Notes: a model not told the origin generated them from the sequence alone. A stretch of DNA of 64,000 nt from Raillietiella orientalis (GCA_036172245.1 JAYWIR010000056.1:310001-374000), one strand, 5' to 3'; positions 39,393 to 52,879 are shown, numbered from the stretch's first letter. Made by a program: numbers and translations.

Positions 39393-39689
39393 CCCGAAGG
39401 ACAAAGAAACGAGGACTAGAATATCCGTCTGAACTACGAGAGGGCCTGGAGTGTCCTCTTGAAAGCCTGGAAGAGAAAACGTGTTGTCATACGGGAGGAC
39501 TCACTCCTCCCGCAGGAAAGGGGGGGGAAAAACCTTTCCTCACTGTAACGAGTTGATCTCTGATTTCTCCTCGTGGATGATGGTGGACCCTGCCCCTGCA
39601 AGAACTCAGCGGAGATGGGCCGAGTACTTTGCTCTATTTGGTGAGGGGGGATCGCTGCTCCTCTTCCTTGCTTCCATCGCCGTTCTTGC

Positions 39690-40330
39690 TGATCTCTCCA
39701 GAAAATGACTTTGTGTCGGCCCCTCCCAATGAGACCTCTCGATGCATCGGTAATATGCAGCCGGCGGTTGAGAGGCAGTTCGTCCAGGGAGCTGACAATT
39801 CCAGACGAGTAGTAGCTATCAGCTGCCCATCTCTCCAAAATCAGGCAGCGAAGAGCTTTTGAAAACTCGTCGACTCGCCTGCTTGTGTGTCTACTTGTCA
39901 GGAAGGACGACAATAAGGGAAACTGTGCTAGTGGGTTCCTGCCAGATGGATGTCACTCCTTTTTACGTGACCCTATTCCCGAGTTCCCTCAAGAAGGACA
40001 ATCGCAATCCAAGGTCAGTTCAATGGCAACCGACCGACTATCCGAACAGGGAGTAGTGCTGCTACGGTCCAAGAACCTCACTCTGGAAGGGAAAGACTCA
40101 GACCGCCCTTCCGGGGATGAACATCAACACCACTCACGAAAGCGAATCGATACTTCTGGTGCAGTTCCGCCATCTCCATCTCCATCCTCTTTACCTGGCG
40201 GCTGCCGTCCTCCCTGTCGGCCGCTTCCCTACGAAAAGCGGTGCATTCGCACGGAGACCCGAAGCAGGTCTACTCGAGCTGCCGCTTTGCGACCCGACCG
40301 GTGTTTCTTGAAACCGCGCGTGACGCCCGC
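39690..40330 (+). mobile_element. Non-LTR RT domains 0-3 relic
   Basis: CIGNMQ..QGADN, GFLPD, VTLFPSSLKKD..QWQP (V..IPK..KD....WRP), SKNL, DEHQHHSR (EQ.GF). Confidence 0.5.
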
Positions 40331-40879
40331 GGCCTCCACCTTCGCGATTTGTCTTTTTGGAAAGAGAACAAGAAATTCGAAGTTGTCTCCAGACGCATTC
40401 TAAATCAGTGGCGGGGGAACTTGCTGTCGGCTGCACACCCCATCTCTTCTTCATCGAGGACCTCGGAGACCTCTTAGGATGGGGCGGTCTCTCCACCGAA
40501 GCAGACCCGACCGCGACAGAGGGCGAAAGGAATAAAACGGCAGCTCATCCTTGGGTGGGAACTTTTCAGTACAGTACGAATGTGGAATCGCATTGGTCTT
40601 TTTTTTTGAAACGGTGCACACGGTTGAGTCAGTAGAGATGCCTCTCTTCATCGGAAGCATCTCTGGATTAGAAAAAGTTTCAGACACACACAAAAGTTGT
40701 TGCCGTACCTAAACTTATGTTCCTATATAGGCAAGCATTTGCAGATAAATACATGATGAGTAAATATGTACAGGTACATTTGCAGGTGATTCAATTTATG
40801 CTTGCTGTGTCCATTCGTTTCGTTTACTTCAGTTTTGACAGATAATTCCTCCGAACGCGATCATCATGGCAACGAGCAT

Positions 40880-41450
40880 CTCTGGAGGATCTTGTCATTT
40901 ACGGGCTGACAACGAGTAATCACCATATCTCTTGGTGCATCTGCTCGGAAGGATTCACGCGGGGCAGGCGCAAAACATAGTGCGTCCCAATAGTGCGTTA
41001 TGGTCCAAAGTTTTTTCCCAGGTGACACCTCTAAATCTTGAATCGGAAGCTGTTGGAGCAGAAAAAAAAAAAAACAAAGGCACTTCCTGGCAGTTTGGAG
41101 AATCTGCCAGCAGGTAAGCTCCAACAGGATTATGACGACGTCAGCTTCAAATCTTGAAATATTATTGATGGATAAGGGCGAATGAGGGAATCGAAGTCGG
41201 CAAGGAGCATCGATCTGCGGCAAAAGGTCGCCCACGGCTGGGCCAAATGGTTTCATTTCCGCAGTTTCAAGCGAGTGGGTATTTCTCTCGATAGGAGTTC
41301 TGGCATCGATTCCTCTTCTTTTTTTCCAAGTTACTCTCTGCGCTCGAACGCATCCTTGGAATCTGTCGTGTCCCAACAGAATTTTCATTCGCTGCATCCT
41401 TGCAAAATCCTTATAAAGCTGCTGGCTACCCAGCTACAGAATTCTGATCG
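40880..41450 (+). mobile_element. Ty3/gypsy integrase relic
   Basis: GQRVI, GRIHAG...ALWSKV (H..H.G....WP), KYY*WIRANEGIEV (YL..ID..S..EV), SLDRSSGIDSSSF (SD.G..F.S..F). Confidence 0.4.
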
Positions 41451-42999
41451 GCAACTTCATAGAATGGTCCCAGGGATGGTGCGTCTTTTCCAGCCTTGAT
41501 TTCGCAATCATCCTTTTTTTTTTTTTTTTTTTTTTCTCATTGATTCCTTAAGAGAGATTAAGCTATTCGCTCCCGTCTCATGAAAGGATGATTCTCATCC
41601 CAGCTGGCTCTCATTACCCAAATCACCACGAAACGAGACGTCTTCCGTGTTCCTCTCTCGCGTAGTTCTCGCGAGAATCTCGCACTGAATCTCCACGACC
41701 ATCCTCCGCGTAATCCTCGTTTCATCCCAAAGAACGAGATGGGCGGTTGTTTTCCTTTTCCTCAAAGAAATCGGTTCGCTTGTGGATCTCTCGCTGTTCA
41801 CCTGGGAATTTCTTGAGGGAAACCACACGGTGTTGTCCTGTATCCGTAGATGCCCGGCTCGTTTCCTGCACGAAAGATGCTTCGAGATCCGCCGAAGAGA
41901 ATTTCGCTCTCTGCATCCGGATGAAAGCCTCTCGCGTCGGCGTCGCAGGCATCCCCGCGCCAAGAAGTTGGGTTGCAGCAGTGCATGAACACGTGCGTGT
42001 TTGCACACTTCGCCCCCAGCAAGAACCGATCGTTGGGTACCTTTTAAACGATCGGCTGTGGCCGGGAGAATTGATTTACCCATCCCAAATCCGGTTCGGA
42101 TTGGGCAGTTCAGGCGTCAGTTAGGCAGCGTTGCGTCGGCGCCATCGGATTTATGGGTGCATTTTCGAAATACGTCATAAAGTGGGGCGGCATGCATTGG
42201 CGGCCAACGGCGGTCTTCAATCCTCGCGAGTTCACTTGACTCAATTAATTGAACTCAGGGACAAGCAGGAGCGAGAAAACGAAACACAATACAAATTAAA
42301 TAACGCTCCAGGGAAACGGGCATTCCCAGGGAACTGGGAAAACAGGATGTGGGAATTTTTGAAGCATCTTCTGTCACTCGTCCGTTTAGGGATTGGGCGA
42401 AAGGCATCGGGAGAGTCTCACTTGAATTCCGGAAGGACTCCCGTGTCAAAAAAACCACACACGAGCACACATCAGCAACATTTGGCAGGCAGGACTTTTG
42501 AAAGCACAGCACCTTACAACAAGAACACGTGAGGATTTCTCCTCCTTGCGGCTGCAGGTCGCTTCCTCTTGTGGCACACACACCCCATTGCCTGTGACCT
42601 CGCGGAAAAGACCTTTGTGTGGCTGGAAACAGATATCACGCTGAAACATTAGGGTGCAACGAACACAAAACAAACTTACACTCGACACGCTGAAACGATG
42701 ATATGTTATGTATGGGTCAGCTGCATCAGAAGCATAAAATATTTAGTGAAATGGAATGAGAGGAAACGAGGTTCATAAGAAAAAGGTGCTTCGACTTATT
42801 GAAAATGCAAGTGCCCCTTTCGGTTGTCGCTGCCCTCGAGGCAGTCTTTTTCGAGGTATTAGCACGGATGAATGGACGTCGAGAGAAATCCAAGCACAGG
42901 CTTTACAGAATCCTCCTCCTTGATGCGACTGGTGTCCTCCACCTCTTTTTTCTTTCCCGCGCGTGCACGTCGTCTCCTCTTCCTCGAGAGCGCAGCTGA

Positions 43000-43300
43000 C
43001 CGGAGGGTCGGCTTCCGTCCGCATCTCGGAAGCTGCAGCCCTCCACTGCTCCCTGATTGGAACCCGGAGTCTGCCAAGAGGTTACGGGTCGTTTCCGGAG
43101 AAGCTGCTGCTCCACGTTCGTACTGGACCGGGTGGCCAACAGAGTGACCCGAGCAGCATCCGTCCTCCCCATCTCGGGCTGCCATCGCACGATCCGGCAG
43201 CGCCAGCAAACGCAAGATCGCGGCCCGAAGAACTCTTTCGCCCTCAACCGTCTCCGGGCAGAAGCGCGGAGAGAGCGCGTGCGCCGATACCCTCGCCTCG
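43000..43300 (-). mobile_element. LINE ORF1 zinc-knuckle fragment
   Basis: FFGPRSCVCWRCR and GCCSGHSVGH show degenerate CCHC spacing. Confidence 0.3.
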
Positions 43301-44479
43301 GCTCGGCTTCGGAGCGGTATAACATCATCACGCCTCCCAGGTGGTCCGGACCGCGTCCTTCCCACCGGCGCCAAGCGTCGCCGCCGACAGCTGCTTCCTC
43401 TCTCTTCTCTGCTTTGCTCCTGCTGGCACCAGAGGGAACCCGGACTCAGGAAGGAGGAGAACGGTCTGCCACCGACGGGCGCGTCTCCACGCGGGCTTTG
43501 AAGGTTTCCCTCGCCGCATTGAGCTCTGCCATCCCCCTGCGCGAGTGCGTTTGGTGGCCAAAGGGAACCCCCGCGCAGGGGGTTCCCTTTGGCCACCAAA
43601 CGCGCCCACGCCGAGCAAAGCAGCTGGGACTTCACACTCGTCGCCTGTACAGTGACTCTTTTCTCTCCTGGCCTCCAGCCCGTTGGCAGCAAGTTTCTCT
43701 AAGCATTCAGAAAGGGCACTTTGCACGTGGCACGTTCTCGGACAATGAAAGTCCCATGACCTGGCCTCCATGGATTCGTTTTCGAGGTGAAAAAAAGGGT
43801 ACTGGCCACAAGCACGAAATTTCCTTGTTTTGTTCGGAAAGACCAACGGGTCTCGGAACTAACGAGAGCTCCGAGAGCTGTCTTGATTGTTCGTGTCTTG
43901 CGTATTAATTTCCAGGATGCACCTGTGCGTCAGATGTCATGACCTTAATGGAGTGAAATCTCGTGGCCAGGTTTCTCTGGCTTCACGAGTAGATTGGTTT
44001 GGTAGCCTCCGGAAAGCTGGCAGAGAAACGGCAATGCGTGTGAGCATCGCTCTGCTACTCTTCCACTTATGTACCTCTCGACTTCTTTTAGGTGTACTCG
44101 AGGATTCCGAAAGAGCATCTAAGGAAAAGAGCAGTGATTCCTGCTGTGGAGAATTCGCAGACGGAATGCTTAGAATGAGAAAGAAGTACGCGGAGGACGC
44201 ATGCACGCCATCGAAGCAGCCCAAAATGCGCAACATCGTAGCCGCTTTAAGGAAACGAAACCAACACGTTGGAATGTGTGCGCCAGGCAGTTACACGGTA
44301 GACCGCATCTTCCTGTTCGCTTTCCAGGACCTCCTTCCAGAAGCACGCTGCAATTTCGTCTGTGTCTCTTTTTTAAATGCCTTCCCCACACACCCCGAAA
44401 ACCTTTTCCTGCTGGCGTTTCGTCCTCCGCATGGAAATCCCAATGCTCCCCGCATCCGATGAAACTCGAAATCGGCTTT

Positions 44480-44830
44480 CGCTGTTCACCCACGCAGCCG
44501 TACGATGGGGATTGAAAAAGATGGCGCTCCTGCAGCAGATCAGGCTGGACGGGACGAATTGCTGCTCATCAAGAAATGCTGACGTCGAACCCAACTTGGC
44601 GCACAGTTCCTGAGGAAGGACGAGACAGGAATGGCAACCGTCGCCAGCAGCGAAAGCAGCGCGAAAGAGTTTGGATTGCAAAGACTGCCGGAGCACAGTC
44701 GAGAAATGGACCAGTTCTTTGCAGCCCCCACCCCCTTTACAGTGAAGAGGCCGCGTTCGCATTCCGAACCACCAGGGCATCCCGCGAATGGAGCACGCAA
44801 GTCGGTCTGGTGGACTTTCGTCATCCAAAT
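44480..44830 (+). mobile_element. Ty3/gypsy integrase core relic
   Basis: KEFGL...SREMDQFFA..HSEPPGHPANGARKSV resembles FG.P...SDNG.QF...H...P.HP.SNG.AE..V. Confidence 0.5.
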
Positions 44831-45975
44831 AGTGCCGACTTCTGGCGCAGCCCTCAAATTGGGTTTCCTTTTCTTCTTGACTCCGCTCCGCGATAGATGG
44901 GAAGGCTGCAATTAAGCATCCCTCCTTTTTTTTTTTCTGACGCCTCCTACCATCTCCCAGATAACACGGTTCCTATGGAAAAGTGCCACACTTATTGCGG
45001 AGGAACATTTCTTGAAAAGGAAATTACGCACTGGGGCGCATCTACTTTTCCCCCTTAAACGGCCTCTAGCAGTTGCCAATTGCATGTACCACACACATCG
45101 CCGTCCAGATAAGATGCGACGCCAGCCAGGATCCCACATCCGAAACGTTGCCCGCCTTGCCATTAGGCGCATGTGCTCAGAGAGGATCGGTCAGGAATCA
45201 CCACCACATCTCTGCGGATTGTCGAAAGATTCCTTACTGGAGTTGCCGAAACGCATGGGCAGGCCCCTCGGCCAAAGCACATCGTGCTCTGTACAGCCAC
45301 ACCTTCACAGGTGCGCATTTTCTCTTACGGAACCATCAAGCCCTGGCTCTCCATTCCTGGTAAATAGGAGTACCTTTATCGTCCGTGGAAGGCACACCTT
45401 GCGAAGACGGATGACCCGCTTGTCAGTTCTTAAATAATAGAGCGGAAACCCTCGGACAGATGGGTCTGGGGAATGCGCAAACAGAATCAGGAAACGGATC
45501 TTGTACTAAGTCTACTGCCTTTTTGCCACCTGTGGATTCTGAGGATCGTCGGCCTTCCCTGAGGGAAATGCATCCTGGAAGCTGACAGTTCGCTTCTTCG
45601 GGAGGGTCTCTCTTGGTCGGGTGGGAGCGGTGCGATTCGAATCGGCTTCATCGAGTGTCGAGTAAGCGGGCCCTCCTGCAGGTGGCATAAACTTAATGGG
45701 CGCCTACCTCTCGGGACGGCCGAGTGTCCACCCAGTTCCCTGCCACGTTACCTACAGGACCCCAGAGCAAGCATTCTTCCGATGCAATCAGGTAGAACTC
45801 GTCCAGCACCGTATTCCTCTTCATCGGATGACCCATGCCGCATCTCCTAAGTGAGCAGTCCCGAAGTGGACATCCCGGTAGTTCCGGACCCTTTATTGGA
45901 CGCATCAAAAGCGAGGATGATGAAAATCCTTCCGGGTCATTTCCCGTCCCGCTGTGTTCCTTCAGCTTTTTCCTA

Positions 45976-46790
45976 TTTTTTTTTCGAGAGGTGTTCCCAA
46001 GGAGGTGCTGAGTAACCGTTCACCTACTCAGGGTAAGGGTCACGAAACTCTTGAAGCACCGTCCTCCCCACCCGAGGGTGCGCGTAGTAGCTCTTCAACA
46101 TAGGAGGCACCCCGAGGGAGGACCACCCTATGAATTTAGGAAGGCTCCGGGGGGAGGAGGAGTCCATTCCTCTTACGCTTCAGAGGTAACCCTGGCCCTG
46201 GTTGCCTACGAAGGGAGTCCCAAAGGGAACCACCTCTTCCTTATTCTCTCCGGAGGGAAAGCCACTCCTCATTTCTTCTCCGAGGGAAACCTGGAAAAGA
46301 TCCGCTCCTGGAATCTCTTCTCCAGAGGGAACCCTCGAAGGAACCTCTCCTTGTTTCCTTCTCTGAGAACTCCGAAGGGACGCTTCTCAATTTCTTTGAA
46401 GAGTCGCTCCTCGAAGGGAGCAGCGCGCTTCTTCACCACACTTTAGCGAGATATCAGTTCACCAGCTCCATGGCATGCGACGGAGGCTTCCCCGCCGAGG
46501 AAGGGGACAGCGGCTCCATTTGCACAGCCGGCGGGGAACCCCGAAGGAAACTGCCTCCTTGATTCCTGGAAAGACCTCGGGGGATCTACTTCCAATTTCG
46601 GTCAGTCAACGAGGGCATCCTGTTTTCGGCTTCCACTAGTGCTGCACACAGATAGACCAACCAGTGCCATCCTGAGGGGAGAGGAGGGGGGACTCAAAAC
46701 CCATGACGCACCTCCATTCTCAACGTCGATCCTCCACGTGGGGATTCGAACCCGCAACGCTTGGCGTCACGAGGCCACCGATGCGGCCCG
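45976..46790 (-). mobile_element. SINE-like element, copy 4
   Basis: Reverse strand: GCGGGTTCGAATCCCCACGTGGAGGATCGA (perfect B-box), second motif GTCATGGGTTTTGAGTCCC, body collinear with copy 1, A-rich tail seen as the T-tract at ~45976. Confidence 0.75.
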
Positions 46791-46879
46791 CGAAAAGACG
46801 CAAATTGCCGTTCTCCATCCGATCCGGGGACAGCAGTCCCGGATGGACGTGCAGCGGACGTCCAGCCGGAACTTCTTGC

Positions 46880-48050
46880 AGAGCTTCGTGTGAGATGAAA
46901 GCCGCCTCGAGATTTCCACATCTCGGAATTCCATAAGGAAGAGGTGGCTTCATTTGCGGGCGCCTGGCGTACCAGAATCCGCCATGGGAACTCCACCCCG
47001 GAAGACACCCTAAAGGAGGAACGTGAGGGCGGCTGCCCTGTCGTCCTGTTCGGGATGCGAGCCGTGCGTTACGAGAAAGAAGCAGCCTCAGGGTGTTCTC
47101 TTCGGGATGTTCGCCGCTGCTGTTTGCATGCGCGCATCTCTCCCTCGCTCCTGCGTGGGTCGGCGGCTTTACCGTTCCTCCCCGCGCGCCGTGCTCTCCG
47201 GAAATCCGGAATGGAAGGCGTCCCTTCCGGTGCAAGGATAAGCGGACGCAGCTGCTGCATCCCTGAGGCTGCGAGCAGTCGCGGAAGACGCCGTCCGGAT
47301 GCTCGCCTTCCCCACACGGCAGCGGGATCGCGTGAAACGAGGGAGCGCCGCCGGTCCCGTGGACGCGGGACAGCAGTAGGCCCAGAGCTTCTCGAGTGAA
47401 GCGGCAGGGGCGAGGTTTCCCTTGGGACTCCCCGAGGAGAATTCGAGATCCCGATCGACACCTCCGGCTTGCCACCAACGCACTTCCACCTCACTGGTGC
47501 ACGAGTGGCTCTCTTGGAACGAGGGGTGCCATCACGCCTCAGCCGGGACGATCCCCAGGGAATGTGCACGGTGAACAGAAGGAACGGTGTGCACCCTGGA
47601 GCGTTCTAGAAGCTGCGGCAGGGATGGACGCGCGCGTCTTCGGAGACGGCCTCCGAGGGAGACGTGTTCGGACGAATTCTGCAGAACCCTCCCCCTCCTC
47701 GCCTGCCATCTTCTGCCGGACGCGGGAGCCGGCAGTGGCCGTAATGGGAGAGGGCGCTGCCGTTCTCAAAGCTCCAGGAGCGCCCCGACTAAGACGGTGA
47801 AACGCACGATAGCTCCAGGAGGACGGTGGTCAGTCCAGCTCAGACCACCGGCAGCAGCATCCCATCCATTCCTCCCGTATCTGCCCGGCGAAGAGACCCT
47901 CACGCCACCCTGGGACCGACCCACTTATCGGTCGTCTCTCCCCTTCCGCAAGTGCTTCCCCGTTCCTGGCAAGGTTTGCGCCGGGACAGCTCACCCCATT
48001 CTTCCCCCATTTTTTAATGTTTACTTTCGATCTACAAGAATAGGGTGATC
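46880..48050 (+). mobile_element. LINE 3' part (thumb, zinc knuckle, 3'UTR)
   Basis: FPHLGI (KYLG), LHARISPSLLRGS (LY...I.P.L.YG), CSDEFCRTLPLLACHLLPD (C..C....HLL..C). 3'UTR has a GACCGA-loop-TCGGTC hairpin. Confidence 0.45.
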
Positions 48051-48749
48051 ACTGAATAGGTGCAGGGAATCCTGGAAACTTGGGCTTGCTGGGAGTCGGG
48101 GACGCGGAGACAGAGGGCGCTAGCTTCCAGGGTCAGCGTCCCGGTGGTCGAGGTTCCATGACTAGAGGAACCGAATTCGCTCCTGGAGAGCGAGCTGCTG
48201 CCCGAATGGCCTGTGCCGCACGTTCCCTTCCAACCTGCTGCGTAGAATGGAACGGAAGGAGGACCTGGAGCGCGAAACGCTGGCATCGCTCCTAGCGATG
48301 AAGGCTCCCACGGCCAGAAGGGCTTCGAGCGCGAGGGCGGAGTCGTGAGGGTGGGTGAGGAGATCCTGGGACCTCCCTGAATCTCATACGTCCGTCCCCT
48401 CTGATTCGGCCGTCCGAAGTGATGTCACGCCGGGGTGTTGATAGAAGGTAAACAAGAGAAAACACAGGTCCAGGAACAGGGAGAGCGTCCCCATTCCTGG
48501 ACCAGTGAGGGATAAATAAATGGATGACGAAGGAGGAGGAGGCTCTGGTTGACCCGCGAAAGGATCGCCCTCTCGTCGGCCGCCTCTACGAGGACGTCTC
48601 CTTTCCCTGCGCGTCCAGTTGAGACCAGTTTGTCGTCCTCCGGAGTAGGGAAGCTAGTGCGCCCAATCAACAGGTCAACCTTCCCTCCCCTTCCTAGAGT
48701 GCCACCCGTTTCTGATGGAGTTCACGTCCGGCGCTTCCTCACTGCGGAA

Positions 48750-49500
48750 TTTTTATTTATTTATTTTTATTTATTGACTCCAGTGGATTGAGGCCCGGCG
48801 ATCGGGGATGAGAAGGTCAGGGCGAACGGGCGGGAAAGCTCTCCCATCCCGGGAAATCTCATTTCCCAGCCTCGCGGGGAAGGATCCCGGGAAAATTGCC
48901 TCTAGACCGAACCGGTGCCTGTTGCGCGTCTTTCCCGCGCCGAATCCCCGAAGTCCCCTAATCGACGAAGGAGCGTGGGGGCAAGGAGGAAGCGCGAATG
49001 AAGAAGGCAGGGCGAACGCAGTTTGGGGCTGATTTAATTAACGCGGCCCAATCCGTCTGCAGCCGGTTGGAGGGGGGGAGGAGGTCTAGGGACGGACCAC
49101 GCGGCCCCAGGAACAGACGCCGCTGGGGACGAAGGCACCCTGCAGCCGACAGATCGGGCGCTCCCCAATATTCCGCGGAAACCTGGCCGGCGACGGACGG
49201 AAAACAGACGGGAGGCACGCCTCTCCCTGTCCACCGTCCCGAGAGACTCCCGGGAAGCCTCACCGGAAGCAGAATCCTCTCCGGGACAGGGAGGGGTGAA
49301 TCTGACCGAAGTTCTCCTCGGTCTTGGCTGTGGCGGCTGGAAGAGCACCACAGCCGACCCTTCCCAGCGCACGCGCGCCGGATGTCCGGGAAGCGAAGGC
49401 TGAAGCACCGCAGGCCGTAGCTGCTGGCCCTTCCGCCGCGAGGGGTTGGTCGGGGTAGGAGGGAGCGCGGAAGGCCACTCCTACCATCCCGGATGCGAAG
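48750..49500 (-). mobile_element. CR1/L2-like LINE 3' fragment with (AATA)n tail
   Basis: Forward (TTTA)n-like run at 48750-48775. Minus-strand DIRRACAG (IQRRA.R) and PAFFIRASSLP (FF.R...WN.LP). Confidence 0.4.
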
Positions 49501-49999
49501 CCACTGCAGCTCGCCTCCCGTGAAAGCAGATGGGGGCGCGCGACCGGATGGGTCAGGGGGACCCCTGCAGACTGCGCGCTGCAGCACCCCCCAAGGGAAG
49601 CTCGGAGGCATCACCTGGAGGGCAAACGAGAGGAGAAAGAGGTTTCCGACCTCGAGTCCGACTCACCAAGCAGAATACGGGAAGATTGAGGACAGCGCAC
49701 TGCAACTCCTTCCGTCAAGATGCGGGAGGAGAGAAAGTTCTCATCGCCCGGCAATCGTCATGGGATCGGTGAAGGGGCATCAGCGGGCCAACAAAAGAAA
49801 AGGGCGTCAGGATCCGAGATCTCCCAGTCATCGTGGCAACCGACCCGACGATGCGCATCCCTTTTTTGCTTGGGTATTTTTTTTTTTTTTTAAAAAAAAA
49901 AACGACGAAGAAACTGCCTGGACGTTGCCGCACGCTAGCGTCCCTCACCTCCCACCCGAGATTTCTCGCACGAATGGGTGAGAAACTTCGGATCCCTTC

Positions 50000-50350
50000 G
50001 ATGCAGGGTCTACCCCGAGAATCGAGAGACAGTGAGGATGCTAGGCGTGCCCTCCCGGCACTCTGCAGAGCGACCGCACGTCCATCGTGGGGAAGTTGCG
50101 ACCTCAGTGGGCGGGATGCTCCAGGCTCCTTCCTGGGGTGTCACCACACTCCCGAGCGCAATCGGAGGGCGACGCGGCGGGAAAATCTCACCGTGAGGTG
50201 CCGGGACTCTCTCTTTCCCGAGTTCCTCCACGTCCACGCGTGCAAGGGATGTGCAGCCACGGACCTCCCGCGCCCTCGGGAGCCTGCCCCTCCCCTGACC
50301 AGCTCTCGTCTCCTGCCCTCGAGACCAGTGGTACGCGTGGCATCCACCTC
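50000..50350 (+). mobile_element. LINE APE endonuclease fragment
   Basis: ATARPSWGSCDLSG resembles NA.HPSWG....G, followed by an SDH-like segment near 50296. Confidence 0.35.
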
Positions 50351-51668
50351 CCGTGAATCACCCTCGTGAGGCGGGGCCGCTGACTGGCTCGTCGTGGAAT
50401 TCGGGATCGCGGGGATCCCCTTCCTCCCAGAAATCCCTCCGGAGAAACGCAGAGTCGACTACTTGTGGGAGGCATCCCGGAGGGCATCTAAAGGCAACAA
50501 GACGCTGAGCAGTTCTGTACGCGGTGTCTTCTCTTCTCTTTCCACCTCTGGTGTCGTCCTTAGAGCTTTTAGTAGGCCTTCATCCAACGCGCCTCTCGTC
50601 CCAGTGAAGCAGGAACTGCAGCGACTTCTTCGCTTCCCACGTGTAAGTTTCAGAGGCTCTCCGGGAAGCAGAAGCGCCCACAGCGGCGCTTCTGGCACTC
50701 CCGGAGCACTGACTCCGGGGTCGAAATCCCTGACGTGGACCCTAGCAGCATTGGCGACCCGAGTGCTCCTCTAGAACGAATGCAGGGGGGACAAGAGATG
50801 GTTCCGAGAAGACGCGCGGAGAGCGCCCGTAGTGTTGCCAGTCGCGAGGCCAGGGAAGAGGCCGCGACCTCTCTGGTTCACGTCACTCCTCCTGGCCCTT
50901 CTCCCGAGGGGTTTTATATCCAAGAATCGAGTGAAAATGTGAGGTGCAGAGGTCAAAAGGTGCAGAGCCAAGGAGTCACTTCTGGGGGGATGGTCGAAGT
51001 GCGGGCTGAGTGGAATCCCAAGGCCCACGCAGGATTCCCGGGCTCGCTGCATCTGACCAGCAGCACCAAGCGAGAGGAGTCGAGAGAACCTGCGAGGCCC
51101 CTCGGGACTCGAAGAAGCCCCAGCGAATGCGAAAGCCTGGAACGCTTCGGAGCACAGACGCTGCCTCTCCTTTTCCCCCTAAGATCCAGCATTGCAAAAC
51201 AGCTCTTCCCTTGGAAATGGAGAGGCTGAAGGGGGGAGCAGGAGGGATCACAGCTTCCTGCAGGTTATCGATGATGTGACTTTTTGGCATCTCGGTAGTG
51301 AAGAAGAGGGAAAGGAGTTCGAAGGCGCCCGTCGGTTTTCACCGCGACTGGGATGTTTCCTCGGAGCCAGCTTCCGGCCTGGCGTCGAAGAACACGGTCG
51401 CCTGTCGTGCAGCAAAGTTGCAGCGCCCAGACGGATGTTGGTGCAACGCAACTTCCCATCTATTTTTAGGCAGGGGAAGCGGACGCGCAGCCGACGGCGC
51501 GCGAGAAGGAATCCGCGAGACACAGGAGCACGCGACCGGGGGCAGAGGAACATCCGGCCAGGATCAGACGCATCAGGTCTTCCTTTTTTTTTTTTTTCAG
51601 CAAGGCTGCTTGGCTCTGGCGGCTGAATGGATCCTTATTTATCCCCAAGGAGCTTCGCACCGCAAGAT

Positions 51669-52329
51669 GAGCTCCGTCGATACGCACAGATCGCAGCTCC
51701 CCCAGAGCGGAGGTGCTGTCCACGAGATGATGATGACGTCACGATCCGGGGACGAAGAGGAGCTTCTGCACCTTCTGCCAGAAGATTCCTCCGCGAATAG
51801 TTTCCCTCTGCTGTTCCCAGAGAAGCAGGATGCGGGACGGCAATTTTTCCGGAACCCGGGAGACAGCGGAAACCCAAGAGCAGAGCGTGGGCGTCTCACG
51901 GATCTTGTGCGAGTGCCATCTCGGGGACGTCTCGCAAATTCGGACGGCAAGACGGGCTCCACTGAGGCTGGGAGAGCAGAACCAAGACTGGGACGAGTTT
52001 CGAGGTCTAGCAGGACGAATAACTCGGATCGGTGTAGGGAGCATCTGAAGGAAAAGGAGTCGCATGAATTCCAGGAACACAGAATGGGTCTCAGAAAGGA
52101 AGGAAACCTCAAAGCGGAAGGACTTAGAGAAGAGACGGAAGTGACCACAGAACGATCCACGCCACGCGAATTGGGGGGTCGAGCTCCAACAACAAGCGGG
52201 GTCATGAGGTCACCATCGACTAAACGACTGCACTGTCCGGGCTCTTGAGGATGGCACCCGCTGCCTGGAACGCGATGCACTACCACGAGGAGGAGCTCCG
52301 TCGATACGCACAGATCGCAGCTCCCCCAG
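51669..52329. repeat. Exact 37-bp direct repeat pair at 51669-51705 and 52293-52329
   Basis: GAGCTCCGTCGATACGCACAGATCGCAGCTCCCCCAG occurs identically twice. Confidence 0.95.
51706..52292 (-). mobile_element. RTE-clade LINE 3' fragment between two perfect 37-bp direct repeats
   Basis: FMRLLFLQML (F..RCLR.IL) and LCSWVSAVSRVPEKLPSRIL..RGG..WQKV (LRW.GHV.RM...LP..IL...RG...W). Confidence 0.5.
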
Positions 52330-52879
52330 GGAGACGCGGGCGAAAAAAGGAAGCCCAGTGGTGACGTCACTGGAGAAAAAACAAGATCGACGTCCTCTTC
52401 TCTGATTCCTCGGACACATATCCCCTCACCTCTCGCCGCCATCCTCTTCAGCATAGCGCCTTAGCCAACATGGTCGCCCGCCCTACCATTCGCAGTGGCG
52501 TCTCATGGGGAAGGCGTGGCTTCCCTCACGCCAGAGGAGGGGAAAAACATCCGCCCACTCGGCGAGCTCTTCCGAGAGTTGCCCTCGGCACAGAAGAGTG
52601 CTCGCAGGCAACATCGGAGAGCGCGACGGAGACTGGCAGAGCGGGAGGGGACCGCTTCGAGATCCCCGAAGTGGGGTGTCCCATTCGGAGGGGAGAAGGG
52701 TAATCACCGCTGCGACGAGCGGCAAAGAGAACTCAGATGCCGGCGGCTGGAAACAGGCGGGCGGCTTCCGCGAGGCCCCCGCACTCCTTCCGCAAGGCCC
52801 CTTCGAGGTTGGGTCGTGGTAGTAGCGGGTCGCCGGCGCCGAAACCCAGGAGTCCTCCATCCCGGCTCAGCTCCATCGC

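Noticed and set aside
46690..46790. Functional tRNA gene (perfect GGTTCGAATCC B-box)
   Set aside because: No complete cloverleaf or acceptor stem; it is the head of a dispersed repeat.
51669..52329. 37-bp repeat as a CRISPR array or LTR pair
   Set aside because: Only two copies with a 587-bp spacer, no cas genes, and no TG..CA ends, PBS or PPT.
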